In this document: piece after piece, positions 15,306-24,807 of the stretch
How positions within the stretch are numbered: position 1 is the first letter of the stretch
Layout: every line of letters begins with the position of its first letter
Notes under the pieces: model-generated
What the model was told of the DNA's origin: nothing
Databases searched by the model: none
What the model saw: the letters and a program-made list of their open reading frames with translations, nothing else
Made by a program: the position numbers and the translations under genes
Origin: Aquificaceae bacterium
GTDB taxonomy: Bacteria; Aquificota; Aquificia; Aquificales; Aquificaceae
Assembly (NCBI GenBank): GCA_041640635.1
Contig: JBEPZX010000005.1
Span: 24,838 to 88,837 of the forward strand
Reading direction: 5' to 3'
DNA: 64,000 nucleotides

Positions 15306-16512
15306 GTTCCAACATCACCTTTATTATTTTTTTGCTATCTGATTGTAATATTTTAAACCTTAAATCTCCATATTCAAATACCTCACCTTTTGTAGGAATT
15401 TTTTCTGAAATATGTAGTAAAAGTCCACCTATGGTGTTATATGGTCCATCAGGAAGTTTAATTTTTAAATAATTCTCCAGTTCATCCTTGGTTACTTCTG
15501 CAGATATCACCCATTTATCCTTTTCCACCTCTTTTATTTCCTCAGGTTCTTTAGTTTGCTCATCTCCAATGTAACCTATTACTTCTTTAAAAATATCATC
15601 TATCGTAAATATACCTAGCACTATACCTTTTTCATCTACGACTATTCCCATTTTCTCGTAAGATGTGGAAAAGCTTTTGAGAGCTGTATACAGGGTAGCA
15701 AATTCCGGAAGCACAATAACAGGTTTTACATAGTTCTTAACCTTGTCCAAATCTGGTTTATCAATTAAGTCAAAAAGCTCCACATAACCTACAATGTTAT
15801 CTACACGTGACCTATAAACGGGTAACTTGGTATACTTGCTTTCCTTCATCCATTTTAAAACGTTGTAAACTACAGTATCTTCGCTAACCATAACTACTTG
15901 ATACAAAGGTTTGAAAACTTCAGAAAGCCTTTTGTCTTTTAAAGAAAGCGTATTGTATACTATGTCAAACTCTGAATTTCCTACGTAGCTAATGAGTTGC
16001 AATAAGTCTTTCCTGTTTAACTTTTCTACAAATCTATCTTTTAGCTTATCTGTTATAGTTCTACTTACCAATCTAGATAATTTAAGAATCGGTGCTGTTA
16101 TTGTCTTTAGCTTTTCAAGCAACCACAAACTGGGTATTATTAGTTTTTCCGCATGCTTCTGAAAAAGACTTTTAGGGATTATCTCTCCTAATACCAAAGT
16201 AAACAAAACAATAGTTGTAGAAAACAGGACTTCTAATCCAGATAAAAACCTAACATAAGGAACTAAACTCATTATTGTCAGAGTGTAAAAGGTAGAGGTA
16301 AAAACGATACTTACTGTATAGCCTAACATGGTCAAGGTTATATAATCCTCAGGATTGTCGTAAAAATCTTTAAGAAACTTATAGTTGAACCTCTTATAGT
16401 AAGACAGTATCTTGTTTCTATCCGTACTAACGAGTGCTATTTCTGAACCTGCAAAAAAACCTTCAAGAATTATAAAGAAAACAATACCTACTAAATAGCC
16501 TACAATTTCCAT
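15283..16512 (-). CDS. Hemolysin/CNNM family protein (DUF21-CBS-CorC)
   Basis: FFAGSEIALVS, GEIIPK, CBS pair (VVDEKG), C-terminal TIGG CorC domain. Confidence 0.9.
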   Translation of the reverse strand: MEIVGYLVGIVFFIILEGFFAGSEIALVSTDRNKILSYYKRFNYKFLKDFYDNPEDYITLTMLGYTVSIVFTSTFYTLTIMSLVPYVRFLSGLEVLFSTTIVLFTLVLGEIIPKSLFQKHAEKLIIPSLWLLEKLKTITAPILKLSRLVSRTITDKLKDRFVEKLNRKDLLQLISYVGNSEFDIVYNTLSLKDKRLSEVFKPLYQVVMVSEDTVVYNVLKWMKESKYTKLPVYRSRVDNIVGYVELFDLIDKPDLDKVKNYVKPVIVLPEFATLYTALKSFSTSYEKMGIVVDEKGIVLGIFTIDDIFKEVIGYIGDEQTKEPEEIKEVEKDKWVISAEVTKDELENYLKIKLPDGPYNTIGGLLLHISEKIPTKGEVFEYGDLRFKILQSDSKKIIKVMLERVQGENH

Positions 16513-17309
16513 CCCAAAATTACCCTATCTTTTCCACTGTAATCCTTATAAACTTTAGTTTCAAATCCAACAGATGCAAAAATTTCTTGAACCACTTTAC
16601 CTTGATCATGTCCTATTTCAAAAGCAAAAAAACCTTCTTTCTTAAGGTATATACTAATTTCCTTTGCTATTTTTTCGTAAAACTCGTAGCCTTTTTCTCC
16701 ACCTATAAGAGATTGGTAACCTTCCAGTTTTACACCATCTTCCAGCTTATCCCAATAATCCTGAGGTATGTAAGGAGGATTAGAAATAATAAAATCGAAA
16801 AGCATACCCTCAACAGGCTCAAAAAGGCTTCCAAAATGGAGTATAAACCTTTCCTCCACCTTGTAGACCGTGGCGTTGATTTTGGAAAGCTCTATGGCTT
16901 TTGGATTTATGTCGCATGCATGCATTACTAAATTTGGTCTCTCTAAAAGCAAGGTTATACTGATGCATCCACTACCTACTCCTATCTCGTAACCTACTCT
17001 CTCTCTGTTGTCTATTTTTTCCAACACTCTTTCTACTAGCACTTCCGTTTCTGGTCTTGGTATCAAAACACCTTCTTGAACTCTAAAGGTACGTCCAAAA
17101 AAATCCCATTCTCCAATGGCGTATTGAAGAGGGTAACCTTGCTCTATCTTTGAGGAAAGCTCTAAGAATTTCTCCACTACTTGATGCGATACTTGCATAT
17201 CTTGCTTTAGATATACTTCTCCAACTTTAAGGTTTATTAGGTGTGCTATTAGGAGGGTTTTGTCCCTTTGGCTTAGTTTGCTCAATCGGAGTAGCTCTCT
17301 TATCTTCAT
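16500..17309 (-). CDS. prmC: Release factor glutamine methyltransferase
   Basis: PLQY, VLIPRPETE, EIGVGSG, SNPPY, FEIGHDQG. Confidence 0.93.
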   Translation of the reverse strand: MKIRELLRLSKLSQRDKTLLIAHLINLKVGEVYLKQDMQVSHQVVEKFLELSSKIEQGYPLQYAIGEWDFFGRTFRVQEGVLIPRPETEVLVERVLEKIDNRERVGYEIGVGSGCISITLLLERPNLVMHACDINPKAIELSKINATVYKVEERFILHFGSLFEPVEGMLFDFIISNPPYIPQDYWDKLEDGVKLEGYQSLIGGEKGYEFYEKIAKEISIYLKKEGFFAFEIGHDQGKVVQEIFASVGFETKVYKDYSGKDRVILGWKL

Positions 17310-17553
17310 CTTTTATTAAGCTCCCCCTTTTGGATGGGTGCAAGAGTGCCATAGCCAGCGCTATAAACATAAGTGATATACCGAGCCAATAAGTTATTTT
17401 TGTAAGTATGGTATCTATACCTTCTGGACCAAACATTCCTTGACCCATACCACCAAAAGCTGATCCTACGTCTCCTTTACTTCTCTGCAAAAGTACGGAT
17501 ATTATGATAAGAATAGCTATTATTATGAAAACTACCAAAAGAAAATAGTACAT
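17227..17553 (-). CDS. secG: Preprotein translocase SecG
   Basis: Two TM helices with VLLQRSKG-D-G-AFGG and LTKIT motifs. Confidence 0.9.
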   Translation of the reverse strand: MYYFLLVVFIIIAILIIISVLLQRSKGDVGSAFGGMGQGMFGPEGIDTILTKITYWLGISLMFIALAMALLHPSKRGSLIKDEDKRATPIEQTKPKGQNPPNSTPNKP

Positions 17554-17562
17554 AAAATTAAA

Positions 17563-18453
17563 TTATAATCTAATTTCGGTACCTATACCTTCATCGGTAA
17601 AAATTTCCAAGAGTAAAGCGTGTGGCACTCTTCCATCTATTATATGAACCTTGTTTACACCTTCTTCCAATGCTTCCAAAGAGGAGTTTACCTTTGGTAT
17701 CATGCCACCTTTTATTACGTCCTCCTTTACAAGCCTTAGTATCTCTTCTTTTGTCAGTGTAGGGATGAGTTTCCCTTCTCTGTCCTTGACACCTTCTGTA
17801 TCCGTCATAAAGATTAGCTTTTGAGCCTTTAGCTTTGCAGCTATCTTGCTCGCTGCTATATCTGCATTTATGTTGTAAGCCTCTCCATCTGTTCCTACTC
17901 CCACCGGTGCTATTACTGGTATGTATCCCTTCTCCATTAATGTATTTAAAAGATCAACATTGATATCTATTACCTCTCCCACGTACCCAATGTCTTCTGG
18001 TGGCACTTCCAGCCCAAGTTTAGTAAAGTAGCGCTCCTTATCTATCTTTTTAGCCTTTATTAGCCATCCGTCCCTTCCAGAAAGTCCAACGGCGTAGATA
18101 TTCTTTCCACTGTGCATGTTTATGAGCGCTACGATATCTTTGTTTATGTCACCAGAGAGAACCATCTCCACTACGTGCATCGTTTCTTTGTCTGTCTTTC
18201 TTATACCTCCAACAAAGTGAGTCCTTAAACCAAAGGTTTCTAATGTCTTGCTTATTTGGGGACCTCCTCCATGAACCACCACTATGCGTATGCCTACATA
18301 CCTTAAAAGCACCACATCCTTGGCAAAACTTTCTCTTAGACCTTCTTCTATCATTGCCGATCCACCAAACTTTATAACAAAGGTCTTCCCGTAGAACTCT
18401 CTTATGTAAGGGAGTGCAGACTGAAGTACCTTTGCTTTGTCCACGTGGTTCAT
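17563..18453 (-). CDS. argB: Acetylglutamate kinase
   Basis: VIKFGGSAM, VHGGGPQI, NINAD, GGMIPKV. Confidence 0.97.
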   Translation of the reverse strand: MNHVDKAKVLQSALPYIREFYGKTFVIKFGGSAMIEEGLRESFAKDVVLLRYVGIRIVVVHGGGPQISKTLETFGLRTHFVGGIRKTDKETMHVVEMVLSGDINKDIVALINMHSGKNIYAVGLSGRDGWLIKAKKIDKERYFTKLGLEVPPEDIGYVGEVIDINVDLLNTLMEKGYIPVIAPVGVGTDGEAYNINADIAASKIAAKLKAQKLIFMTDTEGVKDREGKLIPTLTKEEILRLVKEDVIKGGMIPKVNSSLEALEEGVNKVHIIDGRVPHALLLEIFTDEGIGTEIRL

Positions 18454-19385
18454 CTTAGCGCCCCCAAGACTTTTTCTATGTCGCTCACCTTTTCTACATT
18501 GAAAATCCTCACCTGTGGAACTATCTGCTGAACAAGCTTAGAGAGCACATTTTTTGGACCTATCTCTACAAAGGTGTCTACTTCTAACTTCTCCACCATG
18601 TAGATAACGCTCTGATACCACCTGACAGGTGAAAAAATCTGCTTGTACAGGTTTTCTCTAATTTCAGGCGCGCTTGTGTGTTCCTTTGCGGTAAAGTTTT
18701 GTACCAATGGTATGTTTATATTTTTTATGGGTGTTTGTGCCAGCTTTAGTCTAAAGGCGTTAGCCGCATCCTTCATTAAACTACAGTGAGAGGGGACGGA
18801 TACCTTGAGAGGTATTACCTTTCCTCCCATTTCCTTGCATATCTGGCTAGCTTTTTCTACAGCTCCCTTTTCTCCCGATATAACTATCTGTTCATAAGAG
18901 TTATAGTTAGCCGGCTCTACAATTCCAACAGAACTCGCTTCCTGGCAAGCTTGCTCCACTTTTTCTGGCGGTAGCTTGAGAACCGCTGCCATTGCTCCTT
19001 TGCCTTCTGGCACTGCTTCTTGCATATACTTACCTCTCAAGTATGCAAGCCTTACAGCTTCGAAAAACTCCACACCTTTTGCTACAGCCAAAGCTGTATA
19101 CTCTCCTAAAGAATGTCCTGCGACCACATGGGGCTCCGGAAGACCTAAACTTATCAGAGTGTTGTAAATGGCGTAAGAGACCGTAAGTATAGCTGGCTGC
19201 GTATTTATGGTTTTGTTCAATTCTTCTTCTGGACCTTTTAGGATAATGTCTGGCAAATTATACCTTAATGCCATTTCTGCTTGGTGAAATATATCGCTAG
19301 CTTCATAAAACTCTTTGTAAAAATCGTATCCCATACCTACATACTGAGAACCTTGCCCAGGGAAAATGTAAGCTATCTTAGCCAT
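18450..19385 (-). CDS. fabD: Malonyl CoA-ACP transacylase
   Basis: FPGQGSQ, TQPA, AGHSLGEY; start set at ATG 19385 behind a GGAGGT SD. Confidence 0.96.
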   Translation of the reverse strand: MAKIAYIFPGQGSQYVGMGYDFYKEFYEASDIFHQAEMALRYNLPDIILKGPEEELNKTINTQPAILTVSYAIYNTLISLGLPEPHVVAGHSLGEYTALAVAKGVEFFEAVRLAYLRGKYMQEAVPEGKGAMAAVLKLPPEKVEQACQEASSVGIVEPANYNSYEQIVISGEKGAVEKASQICKEMGGKVIPLKVSVPSHCSLMKDAANAFRLKLAQTPIKNINIPLVQNFTAKEHTSAPEIRENLYKQIFSPVRWYQSVIYMVEKLEVDTFVEIGPKNVLSKLVQQIVPQVRIFNVEKVSDIEKVLGALR

Positions 19386-21714
19386 TTTTACCTCCTTTGA
19401 ATTTAGGTTTAAAAGCTTTGGCATAGCTTATCAAGTTTTTCTCAACGAGCTTGTGAAATTGTTTAGGTTTTAAACTTGTTAAGAGTTCTATAGCATCATC
19501 AACATCATCCATCGTATAAATATGAAATTCTCCTTTTCTTACAGAATTTATAACCTCATCGTGTAAAACGAGATTGTCTAAGTTTTTGTATGGCACTAAT
19601 ACACCTTGAGTGCCAGTAAAGCCTAAGGTTTTACATACCTTGTAAAAGCCTTCCACTTTTTCCCTTATCCCTCCGACGGGTTGAACGTTTCCATGCTGAT
19701 CCACTGATCCCGTAACGGCAATATCTTGTCTAAGTGGAACCTGAGCTATACTGGAAAGCAAGCACAAAAGCTCAGCAACGGATGCACTATCACCTTCCAC
19801 TTCATCGTAACCTTGTTCAAATGTTATGCTACCAGATATGTGGAGAGGAACCTTACAACCATACTTCCACCCTAGATAATTTGATAGTATAAGCACTCCC
19901 TTGGAATGAATTGGACCACTTAGCTCTACTTCTCTTTCTATGTTTACAATTCCTTTTTCACCTATATAAACGACAGCACTTATCCTACTAGGTCTTCCAA
20001 AGCTTATATCTCCTAAATCTATGACGCTCAAACCGTTTATCTGACCAACGGAAAGTCCTTTTACGTTTACTATTATCTTACCTTCATGTATGGCTTCTCT
20101 TATTTTTTCCTCAATCAGGTTTGATCTAAATACCTTTTCTTCTAAAGCTTTTTTTATATCTTCAGCCTCTATATTATCCTTTGCAAATAGATCAGCCTCT
20201 CTTAAAAGATCGGTTATAGGACCAAATACAATGCTCGCTTTATTTTTATGTCTTGAAAGATATATGGAGTACTTTAGGAGCTCAGAAAGACCATCTGGAC
20301 TTATTGGTTTTAGACCTTCGTCTTGAGATATCTTGAGGACAATCTTTGGAAAATCCTTTATAAACTCTTCAGTTAGCTTTACAACAGGGTCAAATTCTGC
20401 TTTTACTTTAAATAATCTATTAAAATCTGGATCATAAATTGCCAAAATTTGATAAGAGTAAGGGTCACCAAGTAGTATAACTTTTATATTTTCTAAGGGG
20501 ACTGGATCGGGGGATATACCCACATAAGGATAAGAGAAGTCCTCAAATATACCTCCACCTACGTAAACTTTTTTGTGCATTATCATTCTTTTGATTGCAT
20601 CCCATAAAAATGGCGTTTTAAAGATATCAGAAACTCTCAGGATGAGATATCCACCGTTTGCTTTGTGTACACTTCCCCCAATTATGCTCATGTGATCCGC
20701 GAATAAAAACCCCATTTCTGCCGTATAGAAAACTTTGCCAAAGAGTCTTTGGTAAGTGGGATTGTCTTCAAAAACGATAGGCGCTCCCTCTGTTTGAGAA
20801 TTATCCACTATAACGTTTATTCTAAAGATATTGAAGTCTCTTTCTAAGGCTCTCAGCATTTGGGGGTTTGCTCTCATCGTATGCCATTGCATAAATAGAT
20901 CTACATTACGAACTATCTCCTGTTTGAGCTTTTCAAAAAACTCTTCTAGAAAAGGGATATTTTTGTATTTTTCTTCAAGTTTGTTTAAAACCTTCTCGGT
21001 AGTGTACTTTGCCGTTTTTTCTCGTAGTTCCAATATTTTGTCTGAGAGCTCATGATCCAATTCTCTCAGCTTTCTCATATAGTCTCTAAAGGTATCTTCA
21101 AAGTCCATTAGTGCTTTCTCATAGTTTTCTTGAATTCTGGGATTTGAAAGCAACTCCTCCTCACTCACCAACCTTCTGCCTATTAAAGGCAAAAGTCGAA
21201 TGCCTGTAGGTGTTAAAACAACTCCAAGCCCCTTTTCTTGAGCTAGCCTTGTAAGCTCATCTAACACCTCCCCTTTCTTCGTTTCTATACTTTTTGTTAT
21301 ATTTGCAACTTCCTCTTCGTATTCTTTGCTTTCAAATACCTTTGGAATTTCCACTTTTAAAATCTCAATTACTCTATCTATATCTTGAGACAGAGTTTTA
21401 CCTAAACCCGCAGGAAGAAGTAAGCACTTAGGTCTTGATGGATTGTCAAAGTTATGTATGTAGCAGATATCTTTAGGTTTTTCCTGGCTTTGAGATACAT
21501 CTTTTAATACGTTCAAAGTGTAAGTGAGTTTTCCTATACTTTCTGGACCTGATACGTAAATATTGTAGCCCTCTTTGTTAGTCTTTAGAGCTAGGTTGAA
21601 TGCAGAATCTACTCTCCTTTGCCCAGGAAAGACATGCTCAGCTTTTACATCAAGATCTTGCTTACTATAGGTATAACCATAATCTAGATCTTTATCTATA
21701 AGCTTTCTAATCAA
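19378..21714 (-). CDS. Lon-like protease (LonC/AAA_32 type)
   Basis: C-terminal Lon proteolytic domain with EGDSAS Ser and a Lys 43 residues later; HKANGGYL; degenerate Walker A (GPESIGKL); TTG start abutting the upstream stop. Confidence 0.88.
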   Translation of the reverse strand: MIRKLIDKDLDYGYTYSKQDLDVKAEHVFPGQRRVDSAFNLALKTNKEGYNIYVSGPESIGKLTYTLNVLKDVSQSQEKPKDICYIHNFDNPSRPKCLLLPAGLGKTLSQDIDRVIEILKVEIPKVFESKEYEEEVANITKSIETKKGEVLDELTRLAQEKGLGVVLTPTGIRLLPLIGRRLVSEEELLSNPRIQENYEKALMDFEDTFRDYMRKLRELDHELSDKILELREKTAKYTTEKVLNKLEEKYKNIPFLEEFFEKLKQEIVRNVDLFMQWHTMRANPQMLRALERDFNIFRINVIVDNSQTEGAPIVFEDNPTYQRLFGKVFYTAEMGFLFADHMSIIGGSVHKANGGYLILRVSDIFKTPFLWDAIKRMIMHKKVYVGGGIFEDFSYPYVGISPDPVPLENIKVILLGDPYSYQILAIYDPDFNRLFKVKAEFDPVVKLTEEFIKDFPKIVLKISQDEGLKPISPDGLSELLKYSIYLSRHKNKASIVFGPITDLLREADLFAKDNIEAEDIKKALEEKVFRSNLIEEKIREAIHEGKIIVNVKGLSVGQINGLSVIDLGDISFGRPSRISAVVYIGEKGIVNIEREVELSGPIHSKGVLILSNYLGWKYGCKVPLHISGSITFEQGYDEVEGDSASVAELLCLLSSIAQVPLRQDIAVTGSVDQHGNVQPVGGIREKVEGFYKVCKTLGFTGTQGVLVPYKNLDNLVLHDEVINSVRKGEFHIYTMDDVDDAIELLTSLKPKQFHKLVEKNLISYAKAFKPKFKGGKNG

Positions 21715-22035
21715 TTAGGTTACCCTTTTTATATTTCTCCCAATTTTCTTTTCTACAGACTCCACTTTGCTTTTTAATCTTTCACTTTTCCCAGCTCTGT
21801 AATCTATTTTCATTGTTATAGATATACGTGGGCAGTCTTTCTTTAGCTCATGGAAGCCTTTCTTTAAAACATCCATAACTTGATCCCAGTCATCCCCTTC
21901 AATAATGGTTCCCATTGGTGTAAGGACATAATTTAAGCCCGATTTATCCACAACATCCACAACCCTAGCTACATACTCACTTACACTTTCACCCTTTCCT
22001 AGCGGAGTCATACTAACGAAGACTAAAAAGCTCAT
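21715..22035 (-). CDS. MTH1187/YkoF family thiamine-binding protein
   Basis: SVSEYVA...GLNYVLTPMGTIIEG...RISITMKIDYR. Confidence 0.88.
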   Translation of the reverse strand: MSFLVFVSMTPLGKGESVSEYVARVVDVVDKSGLNYVLTPMGTIIEGDDWDQVMDVLKKGFHELKKDCPRISITMKIDYRAGKSERLKSKVESVEKKIGRNIKRVT

Positions 22036-22099
22036 GAAAATATTTTAACCAAATCACAAAAACTTAAATACCAGAAAACTTTTGTCAGAAATGGAAAAA

Positions 22100-22534
22100 T
22101 CATAAATCCTCAAGTAGTCCATAAGAGCTTCTTTCAAGGACCCCCTTTTTGTCAAAGAAATAGGAGGATGGAAGGTAGGTTAACGGATAAAAATCATTGA
22201 ACTTTATGGGGGTATCTATTAGAGTTACGAACTTTGGACCTATTCCCAATTCTTTATAACTTTCCTTAACATCCTTTGGTTCCATGGCAACTGCGTAAGA
22301 CACTATCCAGTAATTTGGATGTTTCTTCGCTAAATCATTTAAACGATTTAGATCCTTGGAATGCCCTGCACATGTTTTGCTCCAAACGTACAACAAAATA
22401 GGCTTTCCTTTTAGAGAAGTCAAACTTAACTCCTTCCCCTCTAGATCTCTTACTCTTATATCTGGTATCTCTTGCTTTTGAGTGCAGGAAGAGAGCAAAA
22501 GAGAGGCAAAGAAGAGAAATAGTAATTTAAGCAT
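22100..22534 (-). CDS. TlpA-like thioredoxin-fold lipoprotein, single-Cys (CxxH) variant
   Basis: Lipobox LLSSC; DLEGKELSLTSLKGKPILLYVWSKTCAGH; LPSSYFFDKKG. Confidence 0.75.
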   Translation of the reverse strand: MLKLLFLFFASLLLSSCTQKQEIPDIRVRDLEGKELSLTSLKGKPILLYVWSKTCAGHSKDLNRLNDLAKKHPNYWIVSYAVAMEPKDVKESYKELGIGPKFVTLIDTPIKFNDFYPLTYLPSSYFFDKKGVLERSSYGLLEDL

Positions 22535-23769
22535 TACACGCTTGCCTTAGCTACTACCTTTGCCCTAAAGTCAGAAAGTGTTGGCTTTATGTGGATAGTT
22601 TGGTTTAGATGCCCTTCGAGTACTTCCATGGTTTTGTAGCCATTTCCAGTTATGTAAGCAACAACTATCTCATCCCTTCTAAAAGCTCCTTTCTGCGCTA
22701 ATTTTTTCAAAACGGCTATAGTAGTCCCTCCTGCCGTTTCCGTAAATATTCCTTCCGTCTCTGCCAAAAGCTTCATACCTTCTATAATCTCTTCATCCGT
22801 TGCTACCTCCCAATTACCTTTGCTTTCCTTGGTTACCTGCAAAGCATATATTCCATCTGCGGGATTTCCAATGGCTATTGACTTGGCTATAGTGTTAGGT
22901 TTTACGGGTTTTATATAATCCCTGCCTTCTTTCCAAGCTTGAGCTATAGGTGAGCATCCCAAAGCTTGAGCACCGTAAATTCTCGTATTCAGCTCGTCTA
23001 TAAGTCCTACTTTTAACATTTCCTTAAGTCCTTTCCATATCTTTGTAACAAGTGAGCCTGATGCAGCAGGAGCTACTACAGCATCTGGTGCTTTCCATCC
23101 TAGCTGTTCAACTACTTCAAAAGCTAACGTTTTTGAACCTTCTGCATAAAAAGGTCTTATGTTTATGTTAACAAAAGCCCATCCAAACTCGCTAGCTATT
23201 TCAGAACAAAGCCTATTAACATCGTCGTAAGTTCCCTCTACACCAACCACTGTGGGGTTAAAAACTAAGCTTCCGTATATTTTTTGAGATTCCAAATTTG
23301 CTGGTATAAAGACGTAGCAATTCATACCAGCTTGGGCAGCATGAGCAGCTACTGAGTTGGCGAGATTTCCAGTGGATGCACAAGCAGCTGTGTCATAACC
23401 AAACTCTTTTGCCTTGGACAAAGCAACAGACACAACTCTATCCTTAAAAGATAGCGTAGGGTGATTTACTGAATCATCCTTTATATAAAGGTTTTCCAAA
23501 CCCAAAACTTCACCTAAGTTGGTTGCTTTCTTTAGAGGGGTAAAACCAGCTGTTAAACCCACAGAAGGTGTAGAAACAGGCAAGAGATCTATGTATCTCC
23601 ATAGACTTTTAGGCCCTTGTTCTATTTTTTCCTTGCTCATACTTCTCTTTATATCTTCATAGTCGTAAATTACCTCCAAGGGACCAAAGCAAAAGTCACA
23701 AACGTGTATAGGTTCTACTTTATATTCTCTCCCACATTCTCTGCACTTTAGTCCAAGTACCTTTGCCAT
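22534..23769 (-). CDS. thrC: Threonine synthase
   Basis: PTLSFKDR (PLP Lys), ASTGNLA, ITGNGYK; N-terminal zinc ribbon. Confidence 0.93.
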   Translation of the reverse strand: MAKVLGLKCRECGREYKVEPIHVCDFCFGPLEVIYDYEDIKRSMSKEKIEQGPKSLWRYIDLLPVSTPSVGLTAGFTPLKKATNLGEVLGLENLYIKDDSVNHPTLSFKDRVVSVALSKAKEFGYDTAACASTGNLANSVAAHAAQAGMNCYVFIPANLESQKIYGSLVFNPTVVGVEGTYDDVNRLCSEIASEFGWAFVNINIRPFYAEGSKTLAFEVVEQLGWKAPDAVVAPAASGSLVTKIWKGLKEMLKVGLIDELNTRIYGAQALGCSPIAQAWKEGRDYIKPVKPNTIAKSIAIGNPADGIYALQVTKESKGNWEVATDEEIIEGMKLLAETEGIFTETAGGTTIAVLKKLAQKGAFRRDEIVVAYITGNGYKTMEVLEGHLNQTIHIKPTLSDFRAKVVAKASV

Positions 23770-23856
23770 TTTATACCTCCTGCAGGTAATACTACTAATA
23801 GCTTAAAATATAAGAATTATATATCTTACTAATCCTTTGTGTATAATTCTTTCTTA

Positions 23857-24807
23857 ATGGTTTTAGACTTCGAAAAAGACTTGCAGGACGCTTACAAAAA
23901 GATAGAGCAGCTTAAAAGGCTTTACAAATTAGGTGAAAAAGAAAAAGAACCAGAACTAAGAAGACTACAGAGAGAGTTTAAAAATAAAGTAAAACAGAGG
24001 TATGCTAAACTCTCACCATGGGAAAAAGTACTTCTTGCAAGACATCCTAACAGACCTCACACTGTAGACTATATAAGATTGATATTCAGAGATTTTATTG
24101 AACTACATGGTGATAGATGCTTTATGGATGATAAATCAATCATTGCAGGTTTTGGGTACTTTTACCAAATGCCCGTTGCTGTTATAGGACACGAGAAAGG
24201 CAGGACTACCAAAGAAAAAATGGAAAGAAACTTTGGAATGCCCCACCCAGAGGGATACAGAAAAGCCATAAGAGTTGCAAAGCTTGCGCAAAAATACAAC
24301 ATGCCAATTATTACTTTGATAGATACACCTGGAGCTTACCCAGGCATAGGTGCAGAGGAAAGGGGTCAATCGGAAGCTATAGCGCAGAGTATGCTAACTT
24401 TTGGTTTTTTAAAGGTGCCAACGATAGCCATAGTTATAGGAGAGGGTGGATCAGGTGGTGCTTTGGCACTAGGAGTTGCCAATAGGGTTCTTATGATGGA
24501 ACACAGTATATATTCGGTAATATCTCCTGAAGGTTGTGCTGCTATCTTGTGGAAAGACCAAAGTAAAGTGGAACAAGCCTCTAAAGCTTTAAAGCTCACC
24601 GCTCTGGACGCTCTGTCCTTCAGGTTAATAGATGAGATTGTGCCAGAACCATGCGGGGGAGCTCACTATGACCATGAAAGAAGTGCCAGAATTCTAAAGT
24701 ATTACATAAGAAAACACTTAAAGGACCTTCTGAAACTGACACCTGAAGAACTACTAAGACAACGAATAGAAAAGTTTGAAAAGATGGGAATATTTGAAAT
24801 CAAATGA
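23857..24807 (+). CDS. accA: Acetyl-CoA carboxylase carboxyltransferase alpha subunit
   Basis: ARHPNRP, FGMPHPEGYRKA, IDTPGAYPGIGAEERGQ; start set at ATG 23857. Confidence 0.96.
   Translation: MVLDFEKDLQDAYKKIEQLKRLYKLGEKEKEPELRRLQREFKNKVKQRYAKLSPWEKVLLARHPNRPHTVDYIRLIFRDFIELHGDRCFMDDKSIIAGFGYFYQMPVAVIGHEKGRTTKEKMERNFGMPHPEGYRKAIRVAKLAQKYNMPIITLIDTPGAYPGIGAEERGQSEAIAQSMLTFGFLKVPTIAIVIGEGGSGGALALGVANRVLMMEHSIYSVISPEGCAAILWKDQSKVEQASKALKLTALDALSFRLIDEIVPEPCGGAHYDHERSARILKYYIRKHLKDLLKLTPEELLRQRIEKFEKMGIFEIK

Noticed and set aside
21944..21952. Single DnaA-box-like TTATCCACA; also the AT-rich gap 37223-37703 as a possible oriC
   Set aside because: The box is isolated inside a CDS, and I saw no DnaA-box cluster in the gap.
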